Assembly (NCBI GenBank): GCA_964559215.1 | Contig: CAZLFZ010000002.1 | Location: 18,195-82,194, forward strand | Length of the DNA: 64,000 nucleotides | Source of the DNA: an uncultured archaeon | Lineage (GTDB): Archaea; Aenigmatarchaeota; Aenigmatarchaeia; QMZP01; JAFGSV01 | Direction: 5' to 3' | Part shown: positions 48,801 through 58,885 of the stretch, piece after piece | How positions within the stretch are numbered: the stretch's first letter is position 1 | Layout: every line of letters begins with the position of its first letter | Notes under the pieces: generated by a model | Database searches by the model: none | Seen by the model: only the letters and a program-made list of their open reading frames with translations | Told to the model about the DNA's origin: nothing | Made by a program: the position numbers and the translations under genes

Positions 48801-51800
48801 CCGCCAATATCCACGGTCCCTTTTGTAATGGGACTGGTTTCGTTCAGCTGGGGTGTGGTGTCATTTATCCATGCATGGGTGGAATTCGAGAACACCCACA
48901 CCGAATCTCCTCCAACGCAATCCGCTTCCAGAACATTTGGCTGCCAGACCGATCCAACGACACAGTAAATGCCGCCTTTATTCACGTTGTATTTGCCCGA
49001 TAAAATCATGGTCGTAGAGTCTGTCCCGTTCGGGTCACACTCAGGTCCGACGCATTTAAAGAAAAGTAAATCATCCGTGAATTCAAAACAGCTATCTACC
49101 CCCCAACAACTCTGATTTATAGAGTCTATGGTCCAAATCCTGTTCCCGGTGTCAACTTTATCCCCAGTCACATTTGGCGGAATCCCGATCATGTCAAAAA
49201 TATCGGTGGTAGCTGAATTCGCATTGCTTGTGTTGAACCAGATATGTGTCTCGTTGCTCGCGACCACCACGAGCCTGCCTCCCGCATCCTGGCACGGCTC
49301 CGGATCACCCTGGTGCAATGAACCGTTGCCGTAAACGCACATCGGAACTCCCCAAAGTGTTCCGGTAACGGCAGAACCGAATGTTATATTTTTGAGTCCT
49401 CCCGCCAGGCATATTTTTGTATCGTCATAATTGCAACCATCTTGCATTAATCCAACTCCATATGCAGTCTCGTCGTCCAAAAACCACACGGTGTCCCATG
49501 AACTGTATTCGTCGTCATTCAGCCACAGCTGGTTGTAGCATCTGTCCCTGTCATTCCGAAATTCGAGCTCCTTTTCCTTTGTGTCCTGATACCGTGTGTG
49601 TGCCTCTTCCATGCTGGGAATACCGACGTACAATTCCTTTATTTCAAATTCAATTCCCGTTTCCTTGATAACGCCGTTCGAGTCGTTTATTTCAAAATCT
49701 GCGTAATATCTTCTGGGCAGCAAACCCGCCAGGCTGACGTTGACAATGCAAACATTCGATTGCGGGGGGCAAACGGTGACGGATGGGAGTTTCTTCGGCA
49801 TATCCGACTTCTCGTCGAAAACCGAATATAACTTTGTCCCGCTCTGACTCAGGTTATGGGGGGTGCAACCCGGACCAAACTCGCAACCAATAAATTTAAT
49901 CGACATGTTTTCACTGGAGGAAAAAGTCGGGGGCCAATCCTCCATGCCCCTGAATTCCTTCCTGACTTCATAGGATGAAAGGTCAAACCACATCGTTCCT
50001 ATGTCAGTGCCTATCCCGGACACCGTGACCTTCACATTGGCCTGGTAATAGCCTTCTTTATCCAAACCTTCAATTTTAACCACTTTCATGGTCGAAGGGG
50101 AAGGGGGTCCCCACTCGGAGTATACCGTTTCATCGGTAACATTTCCTGTGAAGGAAACGTCAAGCGGGGGTCTTGACATCATCCATTTGACGCTTTCGAT
50201 GGTTGGTGTCCCTGAAATTGGCAGGATATTTTCTGGGTTATGCGGATCCCTCGGAATCAAGGCGAATAGGACCGGTTTCCCCTTTTCGTAAGCTGGTTCT
50301 CTGAACATGATGGTGAGGTTTCCGGATTTGTTTTCAACATAAACCGTTTCTACCCAGAAATTTCTTATCTCGAAACCGCCCCAGCCAAAATACGTTTTGT
50401 TGTTCACTTTGTCTTCCAGCTCAAGGTCTACACCGTACCAGCCTGTTGGTAATCCAGAACCAACCGGGTTTATTTTAACCGTTGCCGTGGAATTGATTAC
50501 CGAGCCCTGGACGACATCATAATCCGTATCGGAAATTTCTTTCATCAACTGGTCATTCCACAAGGACTTTACATCAGCAATCAGGCCTTCACACCCAGTA
50601 CATGTCAGCCCTGTTTGCATGTCCAGGTCAAGCATGGAGCCTTTATCGATATCAATGACGTTCACCTTTAACGTTATGTTTTGACCAACCCCGGCCAAAC
50701 ATTTGCCGCCGCCATCGCCACCATTTCCTTCACACTCCATATGGGCGAATATGATATATTTCTTCAATGCGAAAAACGCATCGCCAATGCCCTCTTCAAT
50801 TACACCGCTCAGGTTTGCTTTAAATCTGAACTTCATCGAGTAGAAGCCCTCTTCCCCCGGGGCAACAAATTCTATGGTCCCATTCGAGACGCTTTCGTTG
50901 CTGATATTCGCCTGGATATCTATTTCCTTGAATCCGGGGAATTCACGTCGCATCTTTATTATCTTTGCATCAAGAATGCTGGTGGCATTCAGCTCTTCCC
51001 TTGTGGATAAATCGATAACCTTTAACTTGATTCTAACGATGTTTCCGGGGGAGAAAAAAGCGAAATCTTCTCCCTTGAAGTCAACGGTGGAGCCCCTGGC
51101 CATTAATTTCTGGACCTCGAAATTGACCCCCGTGACCTTATCTCCCAGGGGATGTGAGACCTTTATTTTCGCGTTATACATGCCCGTTTTGTTTAAACCG
51201 CTGTCTATGATTATCATGCACTGCCTCTGCATTTGTGGCGGCGGAGCTTCCTCCGGGTCACTCGGGTCGTCACCAAAATACAACATGGCGCTCGTGAGGT
51301 TCTTTACCATGTAGCTAATTTCAGCGAGGTGTGAAATGTCCCTTTCGTCTCTCAAATCTAGAAGTTCCACCAGGGTGCCGCATTCGTCAACATCGGGGGT
51401 GCTTTCATTGTCTATGTCGATCATGCCAGCGGGCCCTTCCTTGCTGAACATACCACCGGCGGATATGTTCATCAACAGGGCCATTATGGTTATGTTTTTC
51501 TGGGGGGCAAATGCGCTTACTTCACCGCCCGGACCTTCCATCTGTTCCATGAATTCGTGATTCATGGCCATGGCCTCGAATCTTACAGCCTCGATGGCAA
51601 ACCCGGTATAGAACTCCTGTTGGTCACCGCTCGAAACGCCGACAATCCTTACCCCATAATCTCCGTTTGGAGCAGAATCCAGATCACGATCGTAAGAATA
51701 AACACCGGTCGATGTTTTGACAAGATTCATATTCAAAATACTTCCATTTGGATAGCTCAAAACGAAATATGCCGAATCGAGATCAAACGGGTCTCCACTT

Positions 51801-52897
51801 GGGTTTTTTGAAATCAGATTTATCCTTACAACCGGGTTTGGGGCGAAGGAATGGCTGGGATTACCATCCAAGTCCGTTATCATTCCCATGAGGTTGAAGG
51901 CTTCGACCGCAAAGACTTCGACACCAATAGAATCGTTAAGGCTTATCGTGTAAATTCCAGGATTCGATGGTGCGTTAAAGCTGTCAAGAAAATAACCAGA
52001 GCTATTTGTTTTACCCGAGCTTGTATCCAAAACAGTCCCTAAAGAATTCAACAATCTTATGTCAACCGTTTTGTTTTCCATCAAATTTTTACTGGCATTT
52101 TTTACCAAAACGATAAAGTTAACAGTTTCACTTGGACTATAGACTGAATCATCCGCGGGGATTGCAAGAATAATTTTATTACCAGTATCTTCTACCTCCC
52201 CTATCAAATAGTTGAATATTTTATCACCCTCTCTGAGGGACTGGTATTCAAGGGCGAAATAAGATCCGGAATCTTCGGTGTCGTTGTAGAGCAAAAAGAG
52301 CATGTCATCGTCTATGTACAATGTATCGTATGTTTCGTTGAAATTCTGGTCAACCAAGACAAAATGGAAGTCTCGAGAATCTCCTGTCAAATTGGTGATA
52401 TTTCCATAATGCAAAACCCCTGAAATCGATAAATCAATCAGTTCGGAGAAGTTACCCCCCAAGGCCTCGCCACTATTTATCAGGGTGCTCGTATCTGCGG
52501 TCTTGACATCGCTGCTGCCTAACAGGTGAGCCTCCAAAAACATGAGTTCTGATACTATTGAAAAATACAATGTGACAGAGTCTGAGCCATCTGTAACGAC
52601 AACGGAATAGCTTCCAGCCGGAGATGTGGTTCCATTCAAAAAATATGGCGAAAAGGTAAACTCACCGTTTGATGAGGTTGTATTTAGAACGGCTATGGTC
52701 TGCAAGGTTAAATCGTATATCGTTGTGGTGATGTTGACTTGAGTCACATTACTTATCTTTCCGGAAACTGTCATGTTCTCGTTTTCAACATAAACCATCT
52801 TGTCCGTTGATGCAGATATTTGATAAGCATATGCGGAATTGACAATTATCAAAAAACTTAGAATCGTGAGGATCGAAAGATTTAAAAACTTTTGCAT
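45842..52897 (-). CDS. Giant secreted surface protein (2351 aa), probable adhesin or S-layer-associated
   Basis: Uninterrupted ORF with signal peptide MQKFLNLSILTILSFLIIVNSAYA; dozens of N-x-S/T sequons; Cys-containing motifs; no TM anchor. Confidence 0.75.
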   Translation of the reverse strand: MQKFLNLSILTILSFLIIVNSAYAYQISASTDKMVYVENENMTVSGKISNVTQVNITTTIYDLTLQTIAVLNTTSSNGEFTFSPYFLNGTTSPAGSYSVVVTDGSDSVTLYFSIVSELMFLEAHLLGSSDVKTADTSTLINSGEALGGNFSELIDLSISGVLHYGNITNLTGDSRDFHFVLVDQNFNETYDTLYIDDDMLFLLYNDTEDSGSYFALEYQSLREGDKIFNYLIGEVEDTGNKIILAIPADDSVYSPSETVNFIVLVKNASKNLMENKTVDIRLLNSLGTVLDTSSGKTNSSGYFLDSFNAPSNPGIYTISLNDSIGVEVFAVEAFNLMGMITDLDGNPSHSFAPNPVVRINLISKNPSGDPFDLDSAYFVLSYPNGSILNMNLVKTSTGVYSYDRDLDSAPNGDYGVRIVGVSSGDQQEFYTGFAIEAVRFEAMAMNHEFMEQMEGPGGEVSAFAPQKNITIMALLMNISAGGMFSKEGPAGMIDIDNESTPDVDECGTLVELLDLRDERDISHLAEISYMVKNLTSAMLYFGDDPSDPEEAPPPQMQRQCMIIIDSGLNKTGMYNAKIKVSHPLGDKVTGVNFEVQKLMARGSTVDFKGEDFAFFSPGNIVRIKLKVIDLSTREELNATSILDAKIIKMRREFPGFKEIDIQANISNESVSNGTIEFVAPGEEGFYSMKFRFKANLSGVIEEGIGDAFFALKKYIIFAHMECEGNGGDGGGKCLAGVGQNITLKVNVIDIDKGSMLDLDMQTGLTCTGCEGLIADVKSLWNDQLMKEISDTDYDVVQGSVINSTATVKINPVGSGLPTGWYGVDLELEDKVNNKTYFGWGGFEIRNFWVETVYVENKSGNLTIMFREPAYEKGKPVLFALIPRDPHNPENILPISGTPTIESVKWMMSRPPLDVSFTGNVTDETVYSEWGPPSPSTMKVVKIEGLDKEGYYQANVKVTVSGIGTDIGTMWFDLSSYEVRKEFRGMEDWPPTFSSSENMSIKFIGCEFGPGCTPHNLSQSGTKLYSVFDEKSDMPKKLPSVTVCPPQSNVCIVNVSLAGLLPRRYYADFEINDSNGVIKETGIEFEIKELYVGIPSMEEAHTRYQDTKEKELEFRNDRDRCYNQLWLNDDEYSSWDTVWFLDDETAYGVGLMQDGCNYDDTKICLAGGLKNITFGSAVTGTLWGVPMCVYGNGSLHQGDPEPCQDAGGRLVVVASNETHIWFNTSNANSATTDIFDMIGIPPNVTGDKVDTGNRIWTIDSINQSCWGVDSCFEFTDDLLFFKCVGPECDPNGTDSTTMILSGKYNVNKGGIYCVVGSVWQPNVLEADCVGGDSVWVFSNSTHAWINDTTPQLNETSPITKGTVDIGGTEWYVIDVGKDVNGEDDEEKIRIAPGNTKNIISINGESINITVSEKYSKNYGNKFCIGLQGEWHQTYQDCVNETTVYVVSNSTAIWVNETGNLNTSEPLVNGSVFYNFSSRNWSVVSVSDANDERMVAVRHADGRICGEAEMNCGPQGCDQIQYSLKPANSDYTEIYHGYRDLIQDEWIGEELGINNSKPVYIYHNTTNLFMSKDLDFTGEMGKRINEIITDPYGGEWKVKKLTKRVVELTGVNVLSGSGIYINTNLSKSGTILIGKIEEEYLGKWGKEGASGLDLNGDGLKNTSLVFALSDNVTKSIYDTFFYSLDENFTNTSQIIPIDSNKATRTFGFNDTVTLLSIDASANRIKLYSKEKGDWGELGEFKIGSKIKIPIIVRTPAGQPTTANVSIHWLKIKDEQGTQFVELTSTIPNKSISDIDEIEINLTELGYPSAGEYIFSVEAKKDGDVEKLDEWKWPRATMRAFLVDSHTGDAHYVSSFKELPTLRFDWENYGEVARIRADRRNESNIVEGILTHADPFGFGPEECVPPSMCAANWSNCTLLRDHEEDRYYLYSHDDQLLYSNDTSCNFTGSETNYTEGDSLLLDVQGKTYNLTVLRIDIYDESGCGGPCYRASFGVPGVNSSVIKPMRNDTNNQEWGIEWGYMPNVSIWGVYYDIILAGGTQNYPMCDNWEMEECAKVAWFDTDGNFSNAVSAAMGESFATDLYLAKIGPGPWEGLIIANHSVIGSRPLVDVRQRDNTNSYFKVFKETEMGVDFNMDGAINKTFYAVLFDDRDDGEQNLTNILVDDDLQITEDWWRNESIGQPAFSDYYDFNSTELGSTRENWGNLPIGIWSGNIRFDEWIENASWEEQPEWRILEFNVTDALLVKDKWEIKEDENVTFLLRAYDFDQTPKQNTVLSVKSVMLCGMFGSNLLQEGAGYTITNVKNVTGPDGYGILKINHPADKWSEGDYMVRIEANYTGSVEIVNSWFRVGEEKWK

Positions 52898-53003
52898 AAT
52901 GTTATTTGCCTGAAGTTCTTAAAAAGTTATGTTTAAACGCTTAGGGTTGTGCTGTCCCGAAATAATTATGGGACAATACATTAAACGCTTAGGATTTTGT
53001 CAC

Positions 53004-53378
53004 CTATTCAAAAGATAATCTGTCACCGGTTGATGTTTTTGTCTTCCTTATTCTGCCTGCCTTAAGTTCCAGAACCCATCTGGCAGTTTTCCCAGGGGAG
53101 TAAACCCGCCATGAACCGGGATTTATCCCGACGGGTTTTATATTCTCAAATGCTTCAACTATCCTTTTCTCCGAATCCATGAAAATCAGGTCAATAGCAA
53201 ACCTCATCCCCAGCATCCAAACGCCGTAAAATCCCTCGCGTTCAAACTCCATCAGGAATCCGGCTGAATCATCAATCCCGCTCCTGAACATCAGGCCGAT
53301 TGTTTTCTTCCAGAACCTAGTCGCTACCTCGACTTTGTCAGCGAGCAGTGCTTTCCGGGTTTTGTTGCTTATTTTCAT
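53004..53378 (-). CDS. DUF192 (COG1430) protein
   Basis: About 124 aa with a DUF192-like beta core; immediately upstream of the giant gene on the same strand. Confidence 0.55.
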   Translation of the reverse strand: MKISNKTRKALLADKVEVATRFWKKTIGLMFRSGIDDSAGFLMEFEREGFYGVWMLGMRFAIDLIFMDSEKRIVEAFENIKPVGINPGSWRVYSPGKTARWVLELKAGRIRKTKTSTGDRLSFE

Positions 53379-53441
53379 CTCATTATTATGTAGAATAAAT
53401 TAATATTGTTCAAGTGTTCGAATTTTGTTATTTTTGTTCAG

Positions 53442-55706
53442 TCAATTATTCGATTTTTCGTGTCTTTCCAGGCTCTCCTGCCTGTCTGTGCTCTTCTCGG
53501 ATTCCAGGCCGCTCAGCTGCCTCTTCATGTCCTTTGCGACGTTGGGCCCGACAATCTGGGCAATGGACGTGACCGGGGCCTTTCTGAGGCTTTCAAGGCT
53601 TCGCAGGCCCCTGTCGAACAGCCCCCTGGCCCTTACCCGCCCGACGCCCCTCAGCTTTACCAGAGGCAGCAACTCTTCCTTGATGCCATACTTGATCCTC
53701 AGCCTCGTCTTCCTTACGTGCCTGATGATGTCGAGCATGTTCAGCAGCACGCCAAGCTCCTGCATGGAGTAGAACAGCCAGTCGGACATGTCCAGCCTTC
53801 CCCTCAGCTCTCCGGGGGTGACCCCCAAATTTTCAAGCAGAGCATCCTCCCCAACCTCTTCCGCCCATTCGCTGAGCATCCATGTAAGCTTCAGGGCACG
53901 GAGAAATTCATCATACTCGATGTCCCATTCATCGGGTATTTCGCCAATCAGGTTCTTGTGCTGCTCGAGCAGGAAGTCCTGCAGGCTATCCGTCCCATCC
54001 TCCTTCTCCATGTCCTTCTTCCTGACATTGAGCCCCGGCTTCATCTCCAGGCACTGGGAAATAACATGGAGTATGGAAATCCCCGATGTTTTTTTCTGGG
54101 CATGCATCTTCCCAAGGCTTTCGATTATGTGGTTCGCGGTAAGGGGGTCTATGTAGAGCTCGGCCACCCTCTTCCCGATCCTCGTGGGCCTTATCTCCTC
54201 CCTCCCTCTTGTCACAAGAGAGGATGCAGACCTGAAATCGCCCATGTCTTCACCGCCTGAGCCGCCCATCTCTATGAACTTGAATCCCTGCAGCATCTCC
54301 AGTACCTTGTCGATCTCTCTGGTGAGGGCCCCCATATCCTTGTACTGGAAGGCGTAGAATGTCTTGGAGAAGAATTCGAGCAGGGAATCCTTCGTTGTGC
54401 CGTTGTCGGTCGCTATGAGGGACAAGACATGCATCCTGAGCACAGGCTCAACGCCGAGCTTCGACATTATCTTTTCAGGCTCTCCCTTGATGTACTCTTT
54501 CCATAATTTTTTAGCCTCGCCGGAACTGCGCGCTATCAGTATAGCCTCCCCCTCGGAATCGAAGGCCGGCCGACCAGCTCTACCACACATCTGCTGGATT
54601 TCCAGCACAGGTATGTAGTCCATCCCCCTGAAAGACGAAAACCTCTTCAGGTCCCTGACAACGACCCTGAAGCTCGGCAGATTGACCCCCATGGCAAGGG
54701 TCGGCGTGGCGCATATGATTTTTATCAGCCCCAGTCTGAAATTGTCCTCTATGAGGTGTCTCTGCTTGGCGACCAGGCCTGCGTGATGGAAGACGGCGCC
54801 CCTTTGCAGGCACTTGGCCAGCCTTTCGCACTGCTTTGTTGGGTGCTCCAAAGCATGGGAGATGTCGTAAGACACCTTGACAAGATCGCTCTTTTCCTGC
54901 GGTTTTATATACGGCCTCAGAATCTCACCCAGCTTCTCCGCCAGCGATTCCGCCCTCTTCCTGGTCGAGACGAAAATCATGGACTGCTTCCCCATATGCA
55001 CGGTGTCTCTTGCTATTTCAAACACGGGAGGCAGATCGACGCCCAGTTTCAAAGCCGGTTTTTTCGGGTGCCAGTTGATCTTCCCCAGCAGGAACAGCCC
55101 GTTGTACAGCTTCACGGGCCTGTAGTCCGATTTCACGGCCCTCGCATCGAGCCATTCAGCGAGCTCCTTGTGGTTGTTTATCGTCGCCGACAAAGCAATG
55201 ATCTGCGGATTGATGAGCTGCCTGAGCCTGGTGAGTATCACCTCAAGGGTGGGTCCCCTGTTCGGCGAATCTATGAGGTGTATCTCGTCCGCGATGACAA
55301 GGCCGACAGAATCCAGCCAGGGAGCCCCGTGCCTTATCAGGGAATCAAGCTTCTCGCTGGTGACGATGATGATGTCAAACCCCGCCAGCCACGGATCCGA
55401 CGAATCCTTGTCCCCGACAGACATGGCTATCCTGAATCCCATCTTCTCGTACTTATCCTTGAACTCGTTATACTTCTCAGATGCCAGGGCCTTCAGTGGA
55501 ACGATGTACAAGGCCTTTTTCCCGACCATGACCGTTTTAAGCATCGCCATCTCCGCTATCAGGGTCTTGCCTGAAGCGGTCGGGGCAGCCACCACCAAAT
55601 TATTTCCATCGAGAACTCCGGCTTTCAAGGCGCTCTGCTGGACAGGATTCAGATGTGAGAAACCGCATGCCTCCAAAACCCTTCCCACGACATCGTCTGA
55701 GTTCAT
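53442..55706 (-). CDS. hel308: Hel308/Hjm Ski2-like DNA helicase
   Basis: Walker A PTASGKT; DEIH box; about 750 aa with winged-helix and ratchet domains. Confidence 0.85.
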   Translation of the reverse strand: MNSDDVVGRVLEACGFSHLNPVQQSALKAGVLDGNNLVVAAPTASGKTLIAEMAMLKTVMVGKKALYIVPLKALASEKYNEFKDKYEKMGFRIAMSVGDKDSSDPWLAGFDIIIVTSEKLDSLIRHGAPWLDSVGLVIADEIHLIDSPNRGPTLEVILTRLRQLINPQIIALSATINNHKELAEWLDARAVKSDYRPVKLYNGLFLLGKINWHPKKPALKLGVDLPPVFEIARDTVHMGKQSMIFVSTRKRAESLAEKLGEILRPYIKPQEKSDLVKVSYDISHALEHPTKQCERLAKCLQRGAVFHHAGLVAKQRHLIEDNFRLGLIKIICATPTLAMGVNLPSFRVVVRDLKRFSSFRGMDYIPVLEIQQMCGRAGRPAFDSEGEAILIARSSGEAKKLWKEYIKGEPEKIMSKLGVEPVLRMHVLSLIATDNGTTKDSLLEFFSKTFYAFQYKDMGALTREIDKVLEMLQGFKFIEMGGSGGEDMGDFRSASSLVTRGREEIRPTRIGKRVAELYIDPLTANHIIESLGKMHAQKKTSGISILHVISQCLEMKPGLNVRKKDMEKEDGTDSLQDFLLEQHKNLIGEIPDEWDIEYDEFLRALKLTWMLSEWAEEVGEDALLENLGVTPGELRGRLDMSDWLFYSMQELGVLLNMLDIIRHVRKTRLRIKYGIKEELLPLVKLRGVGRVRARGLFDRGLRSLESLRKAPVTSIAQIVGPNVAKDMKRQLSGLESEKSTDRQESLERHEKSNN

Positions 55707-55744
55707 AATACTCTTTAAAACATAAAAGTTAAATTATTTGAAGT

Positions 55745-56896
55745 ATGAAAATGCTTGAAAGGCCGGGATGGGGAGAACTGGCAACCTTTGTGCCGAACAA
55801 GATTTTGCCTGTGTACAACTGGTTCTATTACAAGGAGGGCTTCAGCAGAGAACTTGTTGGTAAAATCATTGAAAAATTCAAAATAAAAAGGGGTGACACG
55901 GTTCTCGATCCATTCTGCGGCGTGGGAACGGCATTGCTGGCATGCAGACAGCTCGGGGTGGATTCGATCGGATTCGACGTCCATCCCGTGGCGGTGTTCG
56001 CAGCCAAGGTAAAGACCACTGATTATGATGCAGACGACGCAGAAAAGCTCAAGGGAGCCGCAAAATCCTTGCTGAAGATAAAATTCCAAAGAGCTGAAAT
56101 CGGAACCAGGAATCCCCTGATAAAGAGGGCATTCAACAGGCATACCCTTGAGGACGTGATATTCTTCAGAAACGAGATCATGGCGATGGATGATGCCAAA
56201 ACAAGGGATTTTTTCATGCTTGCCCTGTTAAACGTAGCCATGAGGTGCAGCTATGCGTGGAAGGACGGGGCTGTGATCAAGATCAGAAAACATCCGGTCC
56301 CTCCATTGAGGAATTTGCTGAGAAGGCAGGTGCACAGGATGATAAAAGACGTGCTTAAATTCGAAAAAACGGATGCCAGGTGCGCCATCGAATTTGGGGA
56401 TGCAAGGAGGATGAAGCTGGCTAACGATACCATAGACGCTGTCATAACCTCACCGCCTTACCTTAACAAGATCGAGTACACAAAGGTTTACTCGATAGAA
56501 CTCGAACTCTTCTTCCGGCAACAGGCAAAACCGGCACTGAGGTCGTACATCGGGATGGAAAATGAGAAAATGCTGCTTGAAAAAGGCAAGATTGAAAATA
56601 TAACAGGCGGGGCTGATTTGCCCCTCCCAGCAACGGCCTATTTCAACGACATGCACGAGGTAATAAAAGAGCTGCACAGGGTGTGCAGGCCTGGCGCCAG
56701 AGTCGGGATCGTGGTCGGGAACGGCTGCTTCCCGGCGGGGGTTGTGGAATCCGACGTCATACTGAGCAAAATCGCTGAAAATCTTGGCTTCGAGGCGAAT
56801 GAAATCCTGGTTCTCAACAAGCGATGGTGCACGAAAAACAGGGTGGAAAAAGTAGGGATTGCAAGGGAGAGCCTTATAATATGGAAAAAGTGTTGA
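55745..56896 (+). CDS. Amino-methyltransferase (SAM-dependent; motif I FCGVGT followed about 180 aa later by motif IV SPPY); orphan DNA N4/N6 or RNA methyltransferase
   Basis: VLDPFCGVGTALLA and DAVITSPPYLNK; no adjacent restriction endonuclease. Confidence 0.6.
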   Translation: MKMLERPGWGELATFVPNKILPVYNWFYYKEGFSRELVGKIIEKFKIKRGDTVLDPFCGVGTALLACRQLGVDSIGFDVHPVAVFAAKVKTTDYDADDAEKLKGAAKSLLKIKFQRAEIGTRNPLIKRAFNRHTLEDVIFFRNEIMAMDDAKTRDFFMLALLNVAMRCSYAWKDGAVIKIRKHPVPPLRNLLRRQVHRMIKDVLKFEKTDARCAIEFGDARRMKLANDTIDAVITSPPYLNKIEYTKVYSIELELFFRQQAKPALRSYIGMENEKMLLEKGKIENITGGADLPLPATAYFNDMHEVIKELHRVCRPGARVGIVVGNGCFPAGVVESDVILSKIAENLGFEANEILVLNKRWCTKNRVEKVGIARESLIIWKKC

Positions 56897-56976
56897 TTTC
56901 CCACCCCTTTCCCACCTTAAAGTAGATAAATTTATTAGTGTTTGGGCACAAATATATAATTGAAGGCGTATCTTCC

Positions 56977-58254
56977 ATGGATTACAAGGGTAAAATAGCC
57001 TTTGTGTCGACGTGGGAAATCCCTTGCGGCATCGCCAGGTTCACCTTGCAGCTCGCGGATGCGGTTGAAAGTTTAGGTTATTCTACACACATTTTTTCTT
57101 TCAGGAACGGTCATGACAGTTCTTATGGCGACGAGAAGGCGCGCTACATTGCAAACCAAGATGATTCGGATTATCCTTACAAGTTCGCCGAGGCTATTCG
57201 CGAGTGGGGTGCTGACGGCGTTGATGTGGAGCATGAATACGGGATATTCCAGGACTCGGAACTCCTTCTTAACCTAATCGAAGAAATCGAAAGGGGTGGC
57301 ACAAAAACGGCGACTACATTTCACTCGATGTTCAGCATGTTGACAAGGCACCAGGCAGAAACGGTCTATAACACTCTTAAAAGGGGGTATGCTAGCATAT
57401 TCCCGATGCAGTACCAACTTAAGAGGTTGCCGGGAAACTTTAGAAGATACCACCTTGGAAACGGGGATATTGAAGAGTTGAGGAAGAAGGTGAGAATAAT
57501 ACCGCACGGAGTGCCGATAATGAGAAACGGAGAAAAGAGCAAAGATGATTATAAAGGCATTTTTGGGCTGCGGGGGAAGAAAATCGTTGGTATGACAAGG
57601 GGCTGGTCCCTCAACAAGGGTTTTGACAGGGTCATAAGGATGTGGCCGGACATAAAGGGTGAAGTTGGGGACGGCTGGGTGCTTGTTGTGGCGGGCGACA
57701 CAAAAAGCCATATACCAAACCCGGGGAGTGTATATTCGAGAAATGTCATAGCACAGGATAGGTATGTTGAAGATATGTACATGAAAGCTTATGAAGCATC
57801 GAGTGCAAAGGATAGTATCGTTTTGAGAAGGGATATCAAGCCTGAAAGCGGACTTTTATATGATGAGATGAGTGCGGCCTTTGACATAGCTGTGCTGCCC
57901 TATGTCAAAGGGAGAATCGCAACTGTTAATGAGAAGATGAGACCGAAACATGAGAATGTGAAGGGGGAGAGCCAGTCAGGAACAGCTTGTGATGTGCTTG
58001 GTGCCAATGCCGATATGCCAAGGGGCGAAGGGGTGATGCTCGTTGGGAGTGACATAGAAGGCATGGGGATACAGATAAGGGACAGTGGTGGTTTGGCCGT
58101 GGAGCCGGGCAATGACGACGCCCTCAGGTCATCTCTGATAGAGACCATGAGAAATGAAGACATGCGGCGTGAAAGATACGAACTCGGGAAGCGATACGCC
58201 CATGATTACAGCTGGGATAATGTGGCGGAGAAGGTTGTTTCTATTTTTCAATAA
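56977..58254 (+). CDS. Glycosyltransferase family 4
   Basis: C-terminal GT4 core (EGMG...E region); start chosen at MDYKGKIAFVST. Confidence 0.65.
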   Translation: MDYKGKIAFVSTWEIPCGIARFTLQLADAVESLGYSTHIFSFRNGHDSSYGDEKARYIANQDDSDYPYKFAEAIREWGADGVDVEHEYGIFQDSELLLNLIEEIERGGTKTATTFHSMFSMLTRHQAETVYNTLKRGYASIFPMQYQLKRLPGNFRRYHLGNGDIEELRKKVRIIPHGVPIMRNGEKSKDDYKGIFGLRGKKIVGMTRGWSLNKGFDRVIRMWPDIKGEVGDGWVLVVAGDTKSHIPNPGSVYSRNVIAQDRYVEDMYMKAYEASSAKDSIVLRRDIKPESGLLYDEMSAAFDIAVLPYVKGRIATVNEKMRPKHENVKGESQSGTACDVLGANADMPRGEGVMLVGSDIEGMGIQIRDSGGLAVEPGNDDALRSSLIETMRNEDMRRERYELGKRYAHDYSWDNVAEKVVSIFQ

Positions 58255-58822
58255 GCTTAAGGACTTCCACAATCTTTGAGCCGAGGTTTTCGCAAGTCTC
58301 TATCCCTGTTTTGTCTTCTTTCGGCTTTGTTCCGCGAGGCACCCAGCCAATGCCTCCAAAATGTGCCGTCCCCTTGTCGGTGACAACTATCATCTCGTGT
58401 AGTCCCATCCATGTCAGTATCTGCCTGCAGACCAGTTCCTGCCCGCCGTTCCTGCTCGCCCCGACCGAGATGGCCCCTCCCACCTTGTTCCTCAGCCTGA
58501 AGCCGTTCCTCCTCAGGGGCAGGGACCTGTCAAACATGTTCTTGGTCTTCCCGGAAACGCACGAGAAATATGCGGGGCTCGCAATTATCATCGCATCAGC
58601 GGATTCCATCTTTGTAAGAATCTCCTCCATGCCATCCTTCTGGGAGCAGTCGTATTTCTTTTTGCAAAGATCGCACACGACACACGGCTTGATTTCCCTG
58701 TCATAAAGCGTTATTGTCTCTGTCTCAAGCCCTTCTCTCTCGCAAACCGACAGAGCCTTCTGCAGGAAAAACATGGTAGTGCTCTCCTGCCTGTGCGATC
58801 CGCATATACCGAGAACCTTCAT
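58241..58822 (-). CDS. isf: Iron-sulfur flavoprotein (NADPH-dependent FMN reductase-like)
   Basis: MKVLGICGSHRQESTT flavodoxin-like start; compact Cys cluster CVVCDLCKKKYDC. Confidence 0.7.
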   Translation of the reverse strand: MKVLGICGSHRQESTTMFFLQKALSVCEREGLETETITLYDREIKPCVVCDLCKKKYDCSQKDGMEEILTKMESADAMIIASPAYFSCVSGKTKNMFDRSLPLRRNGFRLRNKVGGAISVGASRNGGQELVCRQILTWMGLHEMIVVTDKGTAHFGGIGWVPRGTKPKEDKTGIETCENLGSKIVEVLKLIEK

Positions 58823-58885
58823 TTAACCACGATATACTTTTGACTAAAAGAATAAAAAAAGGAAAGAAAAAGAAATTGAATAAAT

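Noticed and set aside
46442-51811. Multiple 60-150-aa plus-strand ORFs
   Set aside because: Antisense to the giant surface-protein gene.
53406-55725. Plus-strand ORFs (284, 272, 185 aa and others) across the hel308 region
   Set aside because: They are antisense to a well-supported helicase gene and their products have no motifs.
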